DNA of 64,000 nucleotides from Ptychomitrium polyphyllum (GCA_973851085.1 OZ316776.1:15004001-15068000); one strand, 5' to 3'. Numbered from the stretch's first letter, positions 48,858 through 63,100 are shown. Notes: a model not told the origin generated them from the sequence alone. A program made the numbers and translations.

Positions 48858-50884
48858 ATGGGTAAGAAGAAAGCCGGTGATGGCAGTGAGCTCGGGGCCT
48901 CTAAACGACCACGCAGGAAGGTGAACAAAGACCCCGATCCGATTAATGAAGCTCCATCCTTTGATTCCAATGAGCAAGGGAATGACATTGGAGTCACCGA
49001 GGAGGTTGAGGAATCTCAACAAGACGAAGCGTTGGAAGGTGGAGAATACTCAGGAGTTAGGATTCCTGAGCCACCTGAGGGCCTAGAGAATCAGGACCCT
49101 GACTTAAGTTTTCGCATGAAAATGCTCGAGTTCGTGGACGGTGTGAACCAAGAACTCAAGCGTGGCAAAGAAGAAAGGACTCGTCAAGAGAGGTTGACTG
49201 AGCACTTGATGGCATAAGGTTCCAGGTCCTCATCTTCGACCAAGAAGTTGGCCAAGGTCAACATGCCAAGCACTTGTTCTACGCTATGTAAGGCCAGGAA
49301 GGTGAAGGAATTTCTTTTAGAAATGGACAACTATTATGATGTTCAAAAGCCGGAGGATGTGGACAAAGTTTCAATTGCGGTGACCTTTTTGAAAGACCAT
49401 GCTCTTCAATGGTGGACAAGTAAAAAGGAGCAAGAGCCGGAGTTGGTGGCAACTTTGTCTTGGGTCGGTTTTAAAGAGATTTTGAATGAACGCTTCACTC
49501 CGGAGTATCAAGAGTTGAGGGAGGGCATGAACTTGGTGCAAATGAGGCACACTGGGTCGCTCAAGACTTATGTGCGAGATTTCAACGCCCAAATGAATGC
49601 CACATTCAAAATGGATGAGTTTGCAAAGAAATGCATCTTTTTGGGTGGGCTTCAAAAGTGGGTGGTGGACGCCTTGTTCAAGTTTCCAAAGCTTCCGGAG
49701 GACGTGGCAGGAATCATTAAGATTGCGGAAAGAATTGAAGCCGACGGTCCCAAAATAAAATCAAGTGGTCCCTCTCAACAAAGTGGATTGAGCCGAAATG
49801 TATCTTGCGGCAGAGAACGCAAGAAATTTGGCTTTGGAAACAAACACAAGGGACAAGTAGATGGAAGAGCCTACAACAAAGTGGACCATCATGAGAGAAA
49901 ACCGTTCAAATCGGGAGATAAGAGTGTGGAGGTGAAGCACAAGCGTTGCCACGGGTGTGGCAAGATTGGTCACTTCATTGCGGAGTGCCCCGATAAAAAG
50001 GTGAGTACCAAAGCTTGTCACACTTGTGTTGTGGATCACATTTTAGAAGGTGGATTTGTGGCCAAGGCTAGTAGCCTTAAGCCAAGGTCGAGTCTCTTAT
50101 ACCTCGAGGCCCAAATAAATGGCAAAAATGTCTCATGTTTGATTGACATAGGGGCAACGCACTCCTTCATGAGTCCCAAGCTAGCAAGGGAGTTGGGCTT
50201 ATTGGCTCAAAAAGCTAGCAAGCCCATCAATATGCGATGTGCAAAAGGCAAACCGTACGAGATAAAGGAGGTGGTGTTGGATGTGGCCTTAAGTAGTGGG
50301 ACATTGGAGTTGAAGGAAAGTTTTACACTATGTGAGATGGATGAGGTAGACCTCATTTTAGATGATACCTTTTTCGAAACTCATGTGGTGGATGTGAAGC
50401 AAAAGCCAGTACGATTAGTAGTGCGCCGTGGTGGGAAGGAGACAATATTGAAGTTGACTAGGACTCCTATGGTTGCGGGAGGCAAGTTGAACTTAGTCTC
50501 CTTAGAACAACTAGAGAATAATCAATTTGTGGTTGTGATGCGAATGGAGCAAGAAGAGGGGAATAGGCCAAGTGCCAAGGAGGTTAGGACTATTCCCAAG
50601 TGCATTCAAAATGTACTAAGTGGTTACAAGGATGTGCTCACCAATGAGCTGCCCGCAGAGTTACCGCCAAGAAGAGAAGTGGATCACAAAATTAAAGTGA
50701 TACCGGGAACGGAGCCCCCTTCTAAGGCTCCATACCGGTTGAACCAAAAAGAGCTAGAGGAGTTGAAGAAGCAATTGAATGACTTGTTGGAAAGAGGCTA
50801 TGTTAGGCCAAGTAAGTCACCATATGGAGCACCGGTCCTCTTTGTAGACAAAAAGGGTGGCAAGCTCCGCATGTGTGTTGACTA
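48858..50884 (+). pseudogene. gag-pol: Family B gag-protease-RT N-terminus in a single frame (one TAA at 49215-49217)
   Basis: ATG GGT AAG at 48858 is in frame with the 49248 ORF across one stop. The frame is cut by the nested insertion. Confidence 0.88.
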
Positions 50885-53800
50885 TGTTAGGGACACAAGA
50901 AACAAGAAGCAGAAACGAAGTTTTTCCCAAGAATTAGCTTCCAAAGAGCTAATGATTAACAAGAAGTTGATACAAAGACTAGAACAAGGTAGGATTCAAG
51001 ATGATCCACATCTTGTGTTGGCAAGACTTAGGATTACCTTGTCTTGCCTCCTATTTATACTGAGACGTTTGTACCTCCTATGATACTTCTAAAGAAGCTT
51101 CCTAGAAGGCATAAGAATGTTGTAGAAGTCTAAAGAATCTTCCCAAGAAGTTTCCTAAGATGTTGGAACCTTTCTAAGTAGCTTCCAAGGAATTGGAACC
51201 TTCTATGGAAGCTTCCAAGGAGTTGGAACCTTCCTTGGAAGTTTTTTAAAACAGCGAAACCTTCTTCAGAAGTTTCCTGAAGAGGTAGAACCTTCCAAGG
51301 AAGTTTCCTAAGGTGATGGAATTTTTCTAGGAAGTTTCCTAAAGGGGTAGAACCTTCCTAGGAAGTTTCCTAAGAGGATAGAACCTTCCTGGAAAGTTTC
51401 CTAAGGTGGAGGAACTTTCCTAGGAAGCTTCCTAAGAACATAGTCAGACTATGGAGACATCTAAAAGTATTCTAAGAAACTATTCTAGTATACTAGAAGG
51501 TTCTAGAATGTTCTAATGACTATGTCGCATGATCTATGTCCGAGACATCACCTCCTCATTTAGCGACGAGTCCCATGAGGAGCTATTTTCTTGGCTTGCT
51601 TGTCACATTTCTATAAATTCCAAAATTTGTCGAAGAAGTGAAGTAATATACTCCGCTTGTTGTTCTTTGTTCATTGGCTCAACTCGTCCTTGCAAGAAAC
51701 GCCGATGGCCACCAGCCAGGACTTCTATTGTTGAAATGTCCCATCCCAAGATCTGATCTTGATTAAGTCCTTTAAAACATCCTCCAAACAAGATTTCGGG
51801 TCCTCCAGGAGTGACTCTTCCAATTTCTAACAAGATGACTAGAACGCGAGCATCTGAATCAAGACTGGAATGTGAAGGGCGACTAGTCAATACTTCTACA
51901 CGAGGTCGTATTCGACGTTGGGAGGTCCCTCTCATATCTTGACTTAGATCCTCCGTTACCGAGGGCTGAGAAAGTTGAGTTGGTTCAACAGATGCTGTTA
52001 TTGATGAAGGCATGGCCGACTGCTCTTCACGCATAACCATGATAACATGAAGATTTGACATACTGGCTAGGATCTGGAAATGATCTATCTTGGAAATAAT
52101 GCTGCATACAATTGGAGGCTTGGATTCCTCTCCTCCCTTCTTATGCTTGTCTATAAAGGAAAAACTTCTTTGTGAAGCTAACGGCTGCTGATGACACATC
52201 ATCACTGACCTGGTTTTTGAGGATATCTTTGATGAAATTCGCGTACCTTCTCGAATGCATTTGTTACATTCGTTGAAAGTTCCCATGTTCGGTCATTGAT
52301 GCCATATCCTTGCCAATGTATGAGGTACTCCACACGTCGGTTCTTGATGCGTGAATCTAAGATCTCTTCCACTTCATATTCAATTTCATTATTGATTTCC
52401 AGCGGAGGAGGCGGAGGGACAATTCTCTCTGGTATACATGATTTATTATAGGTTTCCAACAACGATACGTGGAATACTGGATGAATTTGCATGCTTGGTG
52501 GTAGCTTTAGGCAATAACTAACCGGATTTATTTGTTTGTTGATTTCAAACGGTCCAAGCCTTTGATAGTCCAACTTCTTTGATGGTCTTTTTGTTTGTAT
52601 ATTTTATCGTAGGAGCCATACGCTATCTCCAACCTTGAACTTTGGATGGTCCTTCCGATGGCGATCTACATAAGTTTTGTAACGATCTTGAGCTTGTTGT
52701 AACTGGAAGGTAATTTCTTGATGGATTTTAGCAAATTGAATTGCAAAATCCTCTACCGCAGGACTTCCAACATGCTTCACTTGAAATGGATCTGCTCGAG
52801 GATGATGGCCATAGTTTGCAAAGAATGGACTTTGAGTTGTTGAAGAATGCACCGTATTGTTGTAAGCAAATTCTACCAAAGGCAAGAGATCCATCCAGTT
52901 GTCTTGCTGGTAGTTTATGCTACAACAAAGGTACTGTTCCAAAATTTGATTCACGCGTTCGGTTTGGCCATCAATTTGCGGATGGTGTGCTAAAGAAAGA
53001 TTGATCTTTACACGCAATAGCTGGAATAGAGCCCTCCAAAAGTTGGAAATGAACTGCGGCCCCCGATCGGATACAATATCATATGGTAGTCCATATATGC
53101 GGTAGACGTGATTTAGGAACAACTTGGCAGTTTTTTCTCCCGTTACCGTCTTATTGCATGGAATGAAATGTGCCATTTTGGTAAATCAATCCACCACTAC
53201 CAAAATAGAATCTTTAGAATCGGAGTTTGGAAGGTCCGTGATAAAATCCATTGATAAAGACAACCATGGGCCCCTTGGCACTGGAAGCGGATGGAGGAGA
53301 CCATGAGGTTGGTGTCTTGGTACCTTGGCTCTTGCACAAGTGTCGCATGATCGAATAAAGTCCTTCACGTACTTCCACATTTGTGGCCACCAATAGTCTC
53401 TTGCAATCAACTCCATTGTTTTATTGAATCCAAAATGTCCTGTTGCTAGAAAATCATGACGTGCTTGAAGGATCTTCAACCGCAAAGGGCCTGGAGGTAG
53501 GTACAAAAGTCCTTTATAATAAAGTAGGCCCTCTTGGAATTCAAAGTCCTCATCGCTATTTGAAGGACTTCCATTGTCTTTGAGGCGCTTCTTTATATTT
53601 GAAACAAAGACGTCATTCTTCAAATCCTTTCGAATTTCGTCAAGATGGGATGTTGTTGTAATAATTGTTGCTTTCAATTGAAAATTCTCTGGTTTCAATA
53701 AAATAGTCTTTTGTTGATTCAAGACATCATCTCCAGGTTGAGGAGCTAAATAAGATCTTCGAGATAAGGCATCTGGCTTACCTTGCAAGCTACCAGATCG

Positions 53801-56800
53801 ATAAATAATGATAAAGTCAAATCTGGAAAGCGACATACTCTACCTTGCTTGACGGCGATTCAAAACGCACGCACTCATGAAATACTCCAAGTTCTTGTGG
53901 TCTGTGTATATTGTGATGGTATGTTGAGCTCCTTCCAATAAGTGTCGCCATTCTTCGAACGCATCTACAACTGCAAGTAGTTCTTTATCATGTATATCAT
54001 AGTTGATCCCTGCCGCTAAGAACTTTCTTGAACAAAAGGCAAACGGGTGAAGCCTCCCGTCTTAATCAAAATGTGAGAGTACTGAGCCAAGCGCAAAATC
54101 TGAGGCATCCGCTTCCAAATAAAAAGGCTTTGATGGATTTGGATGAATAAGAACTGGAGCCGACATAAATGACTTCTTAAGACTTTGAAGTGCTTTTTCC
54201 GCCTCTTCATCCCAAATGAATTTTTGCTTCCCCGTAAGATGTGTTAATGGTGTCACAATCTTGGAATAATTCTTGATGAATATCCTGTAGAAGTTTGCAA
54301 ATTCCAAGAAGCACTGAACATCTCGAATTGATCTTGGCGTACTCCACTCCATGACAGTGCTTATTTTCTTCTTATCCATATGGATTCCTCCTTTGGAAAT
54401 GATGTAGCCTAAAAATTCAACCGAGGATTCATGGAAAAGGCACTTCTCCAATTTAGCATATAATCCTCGCTGGCGTAGTTTTTTTAAGACCAATCGCACA
54501 TGACCTTTGTGGTCTTGTTCATCCTTTGAATATATCAGAATATCATCTAAGTAGATGATTACAAAATCATCCAGATATTTATGGAAGATATCATTCATCA
54601 TATGTTAGAAGACTGCGGGAGCATTAATAAGGCCAAAAGGCATGACATTGTATTCAAAATGACCATATCTAGATCGAAAAGTTGTCTTCCATTCCTCTCC
54701 TTCTTTGATGCGTACAAGATTGTAGGCTCCTCTAAGGTCAATTTTGGTGAATATCTTTGCTTGGCCAAGTTGTTGTAGGAGTCCTGAGATTAATGGTAAT
54801 GGATAGCGATTCTTTTTTGTTACTTTATTGAGGCCTCGATAGTCCACGCACATACGTAATGATCCATCTTTCTTCTTTACAAATAGAATGGGTGTTCCAG
54901 CAGGTGATTTAGAATGTTGAATGAAACCCTTTCCAAGGTTTTTATCAATATAATCTCTTAAGGCAGCCAACTCTGTTTGTGATAAGTTATGAATAGGTCC
55001 AAAAGGTGGTTGGGCTCCTTCTTGCAACTCAATGGTACAATCGTAAGGCCAGTGCTTTGGTAACATGTCCGCATTCTTCTTTTCAAAAACGTCTTTATAA
55101 TCTTGATATTGACGAGGTATGTTTTGATTAGTCTCTATTGTTGAGCTAGACATTGGCGTGGCATAAACGGCATAGATTGGTTCATCCTTTGCTGCTCTCA
55201 TAAATGCCTTTGCTCCAATAAATGATGGTCCAAGATTTCTCGTACCTTCGCGTCTTTTCCTTGAGACCACACTCCGTGAGCGCCAGTTTATGTCTCGATT
55301 AGGTAATTCAAACCAAGGAAGGCCCAAAACAATAGGATTTGTTTGGCATTGAATGATGTTGAAGACAATCTTAGATGTCTGGTCTCCTAAAATAACGTCC
55401 AATGGTTGAGTTTTTTCAATAACGTTGCCAGACGCAAGAGATCGTCCATCATTAACTTCATCAGGTGCGGGATATTTTTTCTTCACAAGCACCATATGAT
55501 GTTTGGTTGCAAAATCCTTGTCCATAAAACATGCCGTTGCACCAGTGTCTAAGAGAGCCTCGCTAATTATTTCATCATCTAACAAATTAATTTTGATAGG
55601 AAATGTAAAACAAGAGGTAGGGCTTGAAGGTAGTAAGAGACCTTGATTTGATGGTCGTTTCTTTGTGGTGTCCAGTCGCATGGTCCCTACTGTGACTGGA
55701 CAGCCTCGTTTTCCAACTCCACCATTGTGCTATGAGCCTTAAAGGTAGATCCTTTGACTTGGCAGTTGCGCACTTTATGTCCAGACTTGCCACAATACAA
55801 ACATAGGTTTTCTCTTCGACGCCTTTCTTTTTCTTCTGGAGTCATGCATCTGAACTGGGCAGCATCAATTTACATAGGTTCTGGTCCTTGCGGTCGGCTT
55901 TCAGATGCTCTTGAAGAAGTGGTAGCCATGCTTTGATGTATTGGTCGCCATCCCAAGCGTTGTTCTTGGCGCCTCTCAAATAGTCTGTTGTCACATGCTA
56001 TTGCTTGAGTGATGAATTCGTCCAATGTTTCAACTCTTGGCATTGTGAGTAGCAAGTCCTTGACATTCTCTCTTAAGCCCCAACGAAATTGTGTGACCAA
56101 GGCTTTATTATTCCAGTCAAGGTCGCAAGCTAATTGTCGAAACTCTGCAGCATATGTAGCAGCTGAGCGCTGCCCTTATTGGAGACTTTGGATCCTTGTC
56201 TCAGCCACGCTATCTCAGTCGGTGTTTTTAAAAGTAGATGTCAATGCTTCTATAAAAGCATCTAAGTTGTTTAATAATGAAGATTGCTTCTCCATTAGTG
56301 GTGCAAACCACGATAGTGCATTGTTTGATAAAAGAGTGGCCTCAAATCCTACTTGAGTAGTGCCATCAGGATAGCGAGATTGATGCAAACTAAGGAAGAG
56401 TCTTACTTGTTGAACAAAGCCTCTCAATTTCGATCTTGATCCATCAAACTTGTCTCGCATACTAATCTTTGGCTCTGAGTGGGTTCGACGGAAACCTTCT
56501 CTTCCAATATTGGCCTCTCGCAATCGAACAACCTCTTGATATAGGCTTTGAGTATCAACATTGGATTCTTCAGCTTTCCGAGTGTGTTGCTCCAAATTGT
56601 TGGTGGTATTAAAACGGGGGAGTTCCGTTCGATCTGTGTTTAATAACTCTTGAAGGTTTGCAATAGTTGCAAACCTATTCTCTGATGTTCCAGGCACATT
56701 ATCCATTTCTTAAGACTCTCAAAGACAGAAAGAGTATGAGTATCTTCAAAGAAGGAAATCTACGTATTTTGAAAGAAGTAATACTTGATTCTAGAAGGAG

Positions 56801-57535
56801 AAACCAACTCTATGGTGCCAGCTTAGAGGAGGGTAATCCGCAACCTCTAAAACGCTATGGAATCCTAAAGAAGATGGGTAATCCACAATCTTCTTCAAAG
56901 AACCTTACCTCTGACAAAGATGAAAAGTAGTCTTGCCAAACTGTTAGGGACACAAGAAACAAGAAGCAGAAACGAAGTTTTTCCCAAGAATTAGCTTCCA
57001 AAGAGCTAATGATTAACAAGAAGTTGATACAAAGACTAGAACAAGGTAGGATTCAAGATGATCCACAACTTGTGTTGGCAAGACTAAGGATTACCTTGTC
57101 TTGCCTCCTATTTATACTGAGACGTTTGTACCTCCTATGATACTTCTAAAGAAGCTTCCTAGAAGGCTTAAGAATGTTCTAGAAGTCTAAAGAATCTTCC
57201 CAAGAAGTTTCCTAAAATGTTGGAACCTTCCTAAGTAGCTTCCAAGGAATTGGAACCTTCTATGGAAGCTTCCAAGGAGTTGGAACCTTCCTTGGAAGTT
57301 TTTTAAAACAGCGGAACCTTCTTAGGAAGTATCCTAGGAAGTTTCCTAGGAAGTAACCTAAGATGATAGAACCTTCCTGGAAGTTTCCTAAGGTGGAGGA
57401 ACTTTCTTAGGAAGCTTCCTAAAAACATAAAAAAGACTACGGAGACATCTAAAAGTATTCTAAGAAACTATTCTATTATACTAAAAGGTTCTAGAATGTT
57501 CTAAGGACTATGTTGGATGATTTATGTCCGTGGCA
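50885..57535 (-). mobile_element. Family A copy A4 (insertion 'Y') nested in family B RT; 3' LTR 50885-51547, 5' LTR 56942-57535
   Basis: Perfect 5-bp TSD GACTA at 50880-50884 and 57536-57540. Confidence 0.96.
51603..52202 (-). CDS. Family A accessory ORF (199 aa)
   Basis: Translation is identical to 39722-40321. Confidence 0.6.
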   Translation of the reverse strand: MMCHQQPLASQRSFSFIDKHKKGGEESKPPIVCSIISKIDHFQILASMSNLHVIMVMREEQSAMPSSITASVEPTQLSQPSVTEDLSQDMRGTSQRRIRPRVEVLTSRPSHSSLDSDARVLVILLEIGRVTPGGPEILFGGCFKGLNQDQILGWDISTIEVLAGGHRRFLQGRVEPMNKEQQAEYITSLLRQILEFIEM

Positions 57536-60142
57536 GACTATACAGCCTTGAATAAAGCCACCATCAAGAACAACTATCATTTGCCACGCATTGTTGACCT
57601 CTTTGATAGATTGGCGAGAGCTAAATACTTTAGTCGGATAGACTTGAAGTCGGGCTACTCTCAAATCCGCATTGCGGATGAAGATGTGCCAAAGACCGCA
57701 TGCCGCACTAGGTATGGGTCCTATGAATTTTTGGTGATGCCATTCGGGTTGTGTAATGCTCCTTCGATGTGTATGACCCTCATGAATACCATCTTTTGAG
57801 AAGAGATGGATGACTTTGTCATTGTTTATATTGATGACATCTTGGTGTAGTCCAAGTTGGCGGAGGAACATGCAAGGCACCTCGAAGTGGTGCTTCAAAA
57901 ACTTAGGGACCACAAACTTTATGCCAACGGAGAAAAGAGTGAGTTTGCTCAACTTGAGATTGAGTTCTTGGGCCATATAGTGACGGATGATGAAATCAAG
58001 CCGGACATAAGAAAGATAAAGGCAATTAGAGAGTGGAAACAACCTTCTACACAAAAGGAGCTGAGATCATTTCTTGGCCTAGCAAATTATTACAGGAGGT
58101 TCATACGCAACTTCTCCAAAATTGCTAGACCTTTGTCCGACTTGTTGAAGAAAGGAGCTAGCCAAGTATGGGATGGATTTTGTCACCAAGCTTTTCAAGA
58201 ACTCAAGGATAAGTTGTCATAACCGCCGGTATTGAAGTTTCTCGAGTTTGAAAAGCCCTTTGAGGTCCACACGGATGCAAGTGACTTTGGCATTGGCGGA
58301 GTGCTCATGCAAGAAGGCATGCCAATTGCCTATGAGAGCAAGAAGTTGGATGGATGCCAAAAGAGGTGGCCCACGCACGAGAAAGAACTCTTTGCTGTAG
58401 TGCATTGTTTGAAAACATGGCGGCACTACTTGGGCCTACATAAAACCAAAGTCTACACGGACAACGTGTCCTTGAAGTACTTTGAGTCGCAAGCGCAAAT
58501 GAATGCAAAACAATTGAGGTGGCATGACACCTTGGCACTCATGAATGTGGATTTGATCCACAAGCCGGGGTGTGACAATGTAGTGCCGGATGCTCTAAGT
58601 AGGCGGGAGGAGTTGCAAGCGATGGGCACAACCGAAGTCCTGCGAGTAATGTACAAAAGAGAAGGCAATTTGGAAAGGAAGATAAGAGAGGGGTACATGA
58701 AGGACTCCGAAGCACAAAGGCTTCTCGGTGGGCTTAAAAAGGGTAAGAAACTCAAGGAAATTAAGTTGGAGAAGGAATTGCTCAAGTACAAACAAAGTCG
58801 GGTGTATGTGCCTCGAGGAAAACTACGGTTGTTGGTTTTGAAAGAAGAACATGATAGTCCCATAGCCGGCCATAGAGGGGAAAAAACCACCATAGCGGCG
58901 GTGTCAAGAAGGTACTATTGGCCAGGCATGAAAGCGGACATCACCAATTTTGTAAAAACTTGTGTGAAGTGCCAACTCAATAGAGCCTCTTACCAAAAGC
59001 AAGCCGGTCTACTACAACCTTTGCCAATTCCGCCGGGTCCATGGCATAATGTGTCCATGGACTTCATCACAAGTCTTTCGGAATCGCAAGGGCATAATGC
59101 CATCTTTGTGATGGTGGATCGCTTTAGCAAGTTGGCGCACATGGTGCCAACTAGAGGAATCGTAACTGCACATGAGACCGCAAAGCTATTCCTTGATGCA
59201 TGGTGGAAACATCACGGGTTGCCGAGAGTGATTGTATCGGACTAAGATCCAAAATTCACTAGTGCTCTTTGGAAACATTTCTTTAGGAAAGTTGGAACCA
59301 AATTGACGTTTAGCACTGCCTTCCATCCTCAAACGGATGGACAAACGGAACAAGTGAACGGAGTCTTGAACCAATACTTGAGGAACTTTGTGAGTGCAGA
59401 CCAGTGCAATTGGGTGGATTATGTGAGCCTTGCGGAGTTCAGTTACAATGCGGCCAACTATTTGGCGACAAAGCAGTCGCCATTTAAGGTGGCCTATGGA
59501 GTGGAGCCACTCTAGCCTGCCGACTTAGCTCTCAAACGTGCACATTCAACACTAGAGTTTAACCAAGATGGTAAAGACTTGGCCAAAAAGCGAGAACAAA
59601 TGATGGAAAAGACCAAGCTTTTGTTGGAAAAAGCACAAAAGCGGTACGAGAAACAAGTCAATGCCGGAAGACGTGAAGTGGAGTATGAAGTAGGCCAAAA
59701 GGTATTGTTGAATGTGAAGAACTTTAGCTTGCCCGAAGGCCTCATTCCAAAGTTCATGTCCAAGTTTGCGGGACCGTTTTCCATTGAAGAGCGCATGTTT
59801 AAAGACGTGTACAAGTTGGAGCTACCACCTGAAATCAAAGTGCACCCAACATTTCATGTCTCACTCCTTAAGCCATTCAAAAAAGATACCTTGTGGCCCA
59901 ATCGCAAACAAGTGATTTGGCCACCGCCGGAATTGGTAGGCGACCACTTGGAATACGAAGTAGAAGGAATTCTCAAGTGTAGGCACCACAAGAAAATAGG
60001 AAAAGAGTATTTGGTGAAGTGGAGAGGGTACCATGAAAAGGAAGCAACTTGGGTAGCAGCCAAGGACTTGGAAAATGCCAATGAAGTGGTGGAACGCTTT
60101 GAGAAGGATAGGAACTCCAACAAAAGACAACGTCAGCATTGA
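57536..60142 (+). pseudogene. pol: Family B pol remainder (RT-RH-IN-chromodomain)
   Basis: Same as 14919-17525 at offset 42617. Confidence 0.92.
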
Positions 60143-63100
60143 TGAGGACATCAATCTCTTTTAGTAGGGGGAGAGAGACTTGTAGCAGTAACTTCTTCAC
60201 ATTATGTATTGGTTCTTTGACTTATGGAAATAAAGTTCAACTTTTGGGTGTGCAAAGAGAAGAATATAAGATGACATCCTAGTCTTGTGCTTATGCTGAG
60301 TTGGTAGAAGAGGGGGAATAGACATGTGAAACCAAGTTGGGAAGGCCGAGTAATGTAAACCAAGGCTTGGAGGAGAAATGGTTAAAACCATGAAACCTCC
60401 TCGCCTCGTACTTGTCCGGGCGAGGACAAGGTAATGGCACGTGCTCATAAAAGCGCCACTCCTACAAACTAACAAAAGTTAGTGCATGGGAGTCATGAAC
60501 CTATGTCTCAATAGAGATAGTGAGATCCAGGTTGGGCGGAACTTGGCATTACCCCCGTGCGATCGAGTCGTGGAATAAAAGCCACCTTGGGTTTGCAACC
60601 AAGACAACTGGGTGGAGCATTGAGGTCCAGCCTAGTCAGAAAGGAAGACTTAAGGCAATGTAGCCTAACTAGGGAGTGTATCCCAAGAGGGTCTCAATGT
60701 AGGTAGGTCTAGAGTAGTTTAGGGCCTCAAGGATTTTTGTCTACGGTGCCTAAGTAGACCACCTCCTAAACGACACCTTTGAGACTTTGCCAAAGACTTA
60801 TGAGTGCATTGTGGGGGTTGCACCCTGGATGAAACACAATGGTGCACCACTAGAGAATGGCAACCTTGGAATTGGTGTGCCGACTACAAGTATAGTCGAT
60901 GAGGGCATTGACTCCATTAAGGTGGAGGTGAGTGTCGCGCACCTGTCTTACAGGAGTGCCCGCAACACTAAGGACACAAGGGAGATTCCGGAGTGACGTC
61001 CGGGACTTGTGGCGCCGATAGTGAGGAGAACCGAGTGAGCCTAGCGTGGGATGGACCCTGAGGGAGAAAAACATCCTTGCCCATGTAGACTGAGGACCAC
61101 AAGGGATAAATCATAGGCATTGGAGGAATCACAAAGAGCTGATTCTAGAATGCTAAAGATTGCTCAAATCGGACAAGGGAGCTAAAAGTTATGGCATCCC
61201 AAAATTGAGGTTGCCAAGGGGCTGTTCTCGATTGTGGCAGCCCTACACAATGACTGTACTGGATTGGGACAGTCCAGGGAGGGACTCCTCGGGAGTCCCG
61301 AACCTTAAGAGAGGCATATCTTCCAGAGTATTAACTCAAATCGGACGTTTGAAGAGTCTATCGGCATCTACGCAAAGAGTAGATGACAGTAGATTGGTTG
61401 CTCAATAGATTTTGGCACCAGACAAGGAAGATATGGCTCCCTGGAGGTCCGTAGGAAGTTCCTGAGGCTTCCAGCAGCTAAGTCCCAAGGGAGATCGGGT
61501 GGGCTTCCAAAAGTTTGGGTGTGTTAGGATTCAGCCAGCTACAAAGGGCCAGAGGGCCTGCCGAATCCCACAAAGAGTACTATAGGGGAGGGCTAGTCCT
61601 CCTTCCCACTACTCTAGTGTCCCGGTAGAAACCAAGGGTGAATCCCAGTTGGTGGAGCTAGTGTTGGGGCTTCACCACGGGGACTCCCACACCATTGTGA
61701 GCCGGTGGATGGCCGGTTTCACGGAGGAGACTAGTACGTTTAAAAGGGCACGCTTGTTACTACTAAGTTGGGGTGGTGTCTTCACGCCGGCACCATGTTG
61801 GCCCGAAGTGATCTTAGGATTGCATGGGGATCATGAGTGGTGGTAAGGAGACACCACTAAGTGTGGTTAGGCCGTGTGGAATGGGAGTAATATCAAGTGA
61901 GGCCTTGGACATGAATGGAAGTCCGCACCTAACCATTGGCTACAAATCAATTGGGTGTCCTAAGAGAAATGGTAGAAAGACTTGGAGAGTGAGAATGGGG
62001 GTTAATCATGTGCATGTGGAGGTGTACGGAGTTGACGCGCGTGATGCTTGCTAAGGTGCATTACAAGGATTGTGACAGGTTCCCAATTGTAATTGCTAGA
62101 TAGTTGTTGCTTTGGAATTGTCGTATTGATGCAGAGATTGCCGCCAAGCCAATTATTGCGCAATTGCCACGTAGGTGCCAAAGATTTCATCGCAAACTAT
62201 CCGTTGCGGGGTTGTTGCACGAGAACAATTTCCTTCGAGAATACTGCCAGTGTTCTATTATTTTAAGTTTTGTTGCTACTTTGCACACTGTTCCTACTTC
62301 CAATTTGCTGCTGCCGCCATGGCCTTCACTTTGTTCTTTGACTCCCTATTTTTTGCTTGACCTCCTGCTCTTCTACCCGTCTGATAAGGTATTGTTTCTC
62401 CTTGAACAAGCTCTGAAAGAAAGGTAAAAAAAAAACTACAAAGTCCTAATTAAATTAGGGTTGTTCTCTTCTTCTACAGTCTTACAAACACTTGCTAACT
62501 CTTACTCCACTCATTCCTTTCTAAAACTATTGCATTAATCTTAATTCTTGCTTACTTCTTTTTCACTTCTATAAAACTTACGTGCTATTCCCTCATTCCT
62601 TCAAAAAATTCTTTTCCAAGACTTTCTTCTAAGAGATTTCTTCCTCCCATTCTACTATTAATTCCATTCTTTGTAATTCCAAACTCTAAATCTTGTTCTT
62701 CCAAACCCCCTTCAAACTACTCTAACAACTCCTTAAATACCCTCTTCCAATTCTTGAATTTCCTAACCGAATAATAACAATAATTTTTCCAATTCTAGAA
62801 TTTTTAAATACAGTTGCAGTTCTAAAATCAACCACTGTTCTAGATTTTGACTATCTTTCTAAATATAGCTGCAGGTCTAAAATCAATAGCTCTTATAGAT
62901 CTTGATTGTTATTCTAAATTTAGTTGCGGTTCTAAAATCAGCTATAAATGTATCCAAGTTGTAGGATTCATCTTTCTTTCTATAATTCCATTCTTGCATT
63001 GGTCTTAAGTGTTATGGACCATGAGCATCTGCCCACTTGCCCTTTACTTCCTTTAATAACAACTATAATTCAATTTCTTTTGCCTTAATTAGACCTAATC

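Larger units (their letters stand above)
47658..62077 (+). mobile_element. Family B full-length chromovirus (5' LTR 47658-48805, gag-pol from 48858, 3' LTR 60933-62077) carrying nested A4
   Basis: PBS TGGTATCAGAGC, CCHC CHGCGKIGHFIAEC, protease LIDIGATHSFM, RT split at MCVDY, RH, IN and chromodomain ending at 60142. Confidence 0.93.

Noticed and set aside
48798..49217. Separate 139-aa ORF upstream of family B gag
   Set aside because: It is in frame with gag across a single TAA, so most simply the gag N-terminus with a premature stop.
50885..51083. Novel C-terminus on the 611-aa family B ORF (VRDTRNKKQKRS...)
   Set aside because: It is read-through into the inserted antisense LTR after MCVDY.
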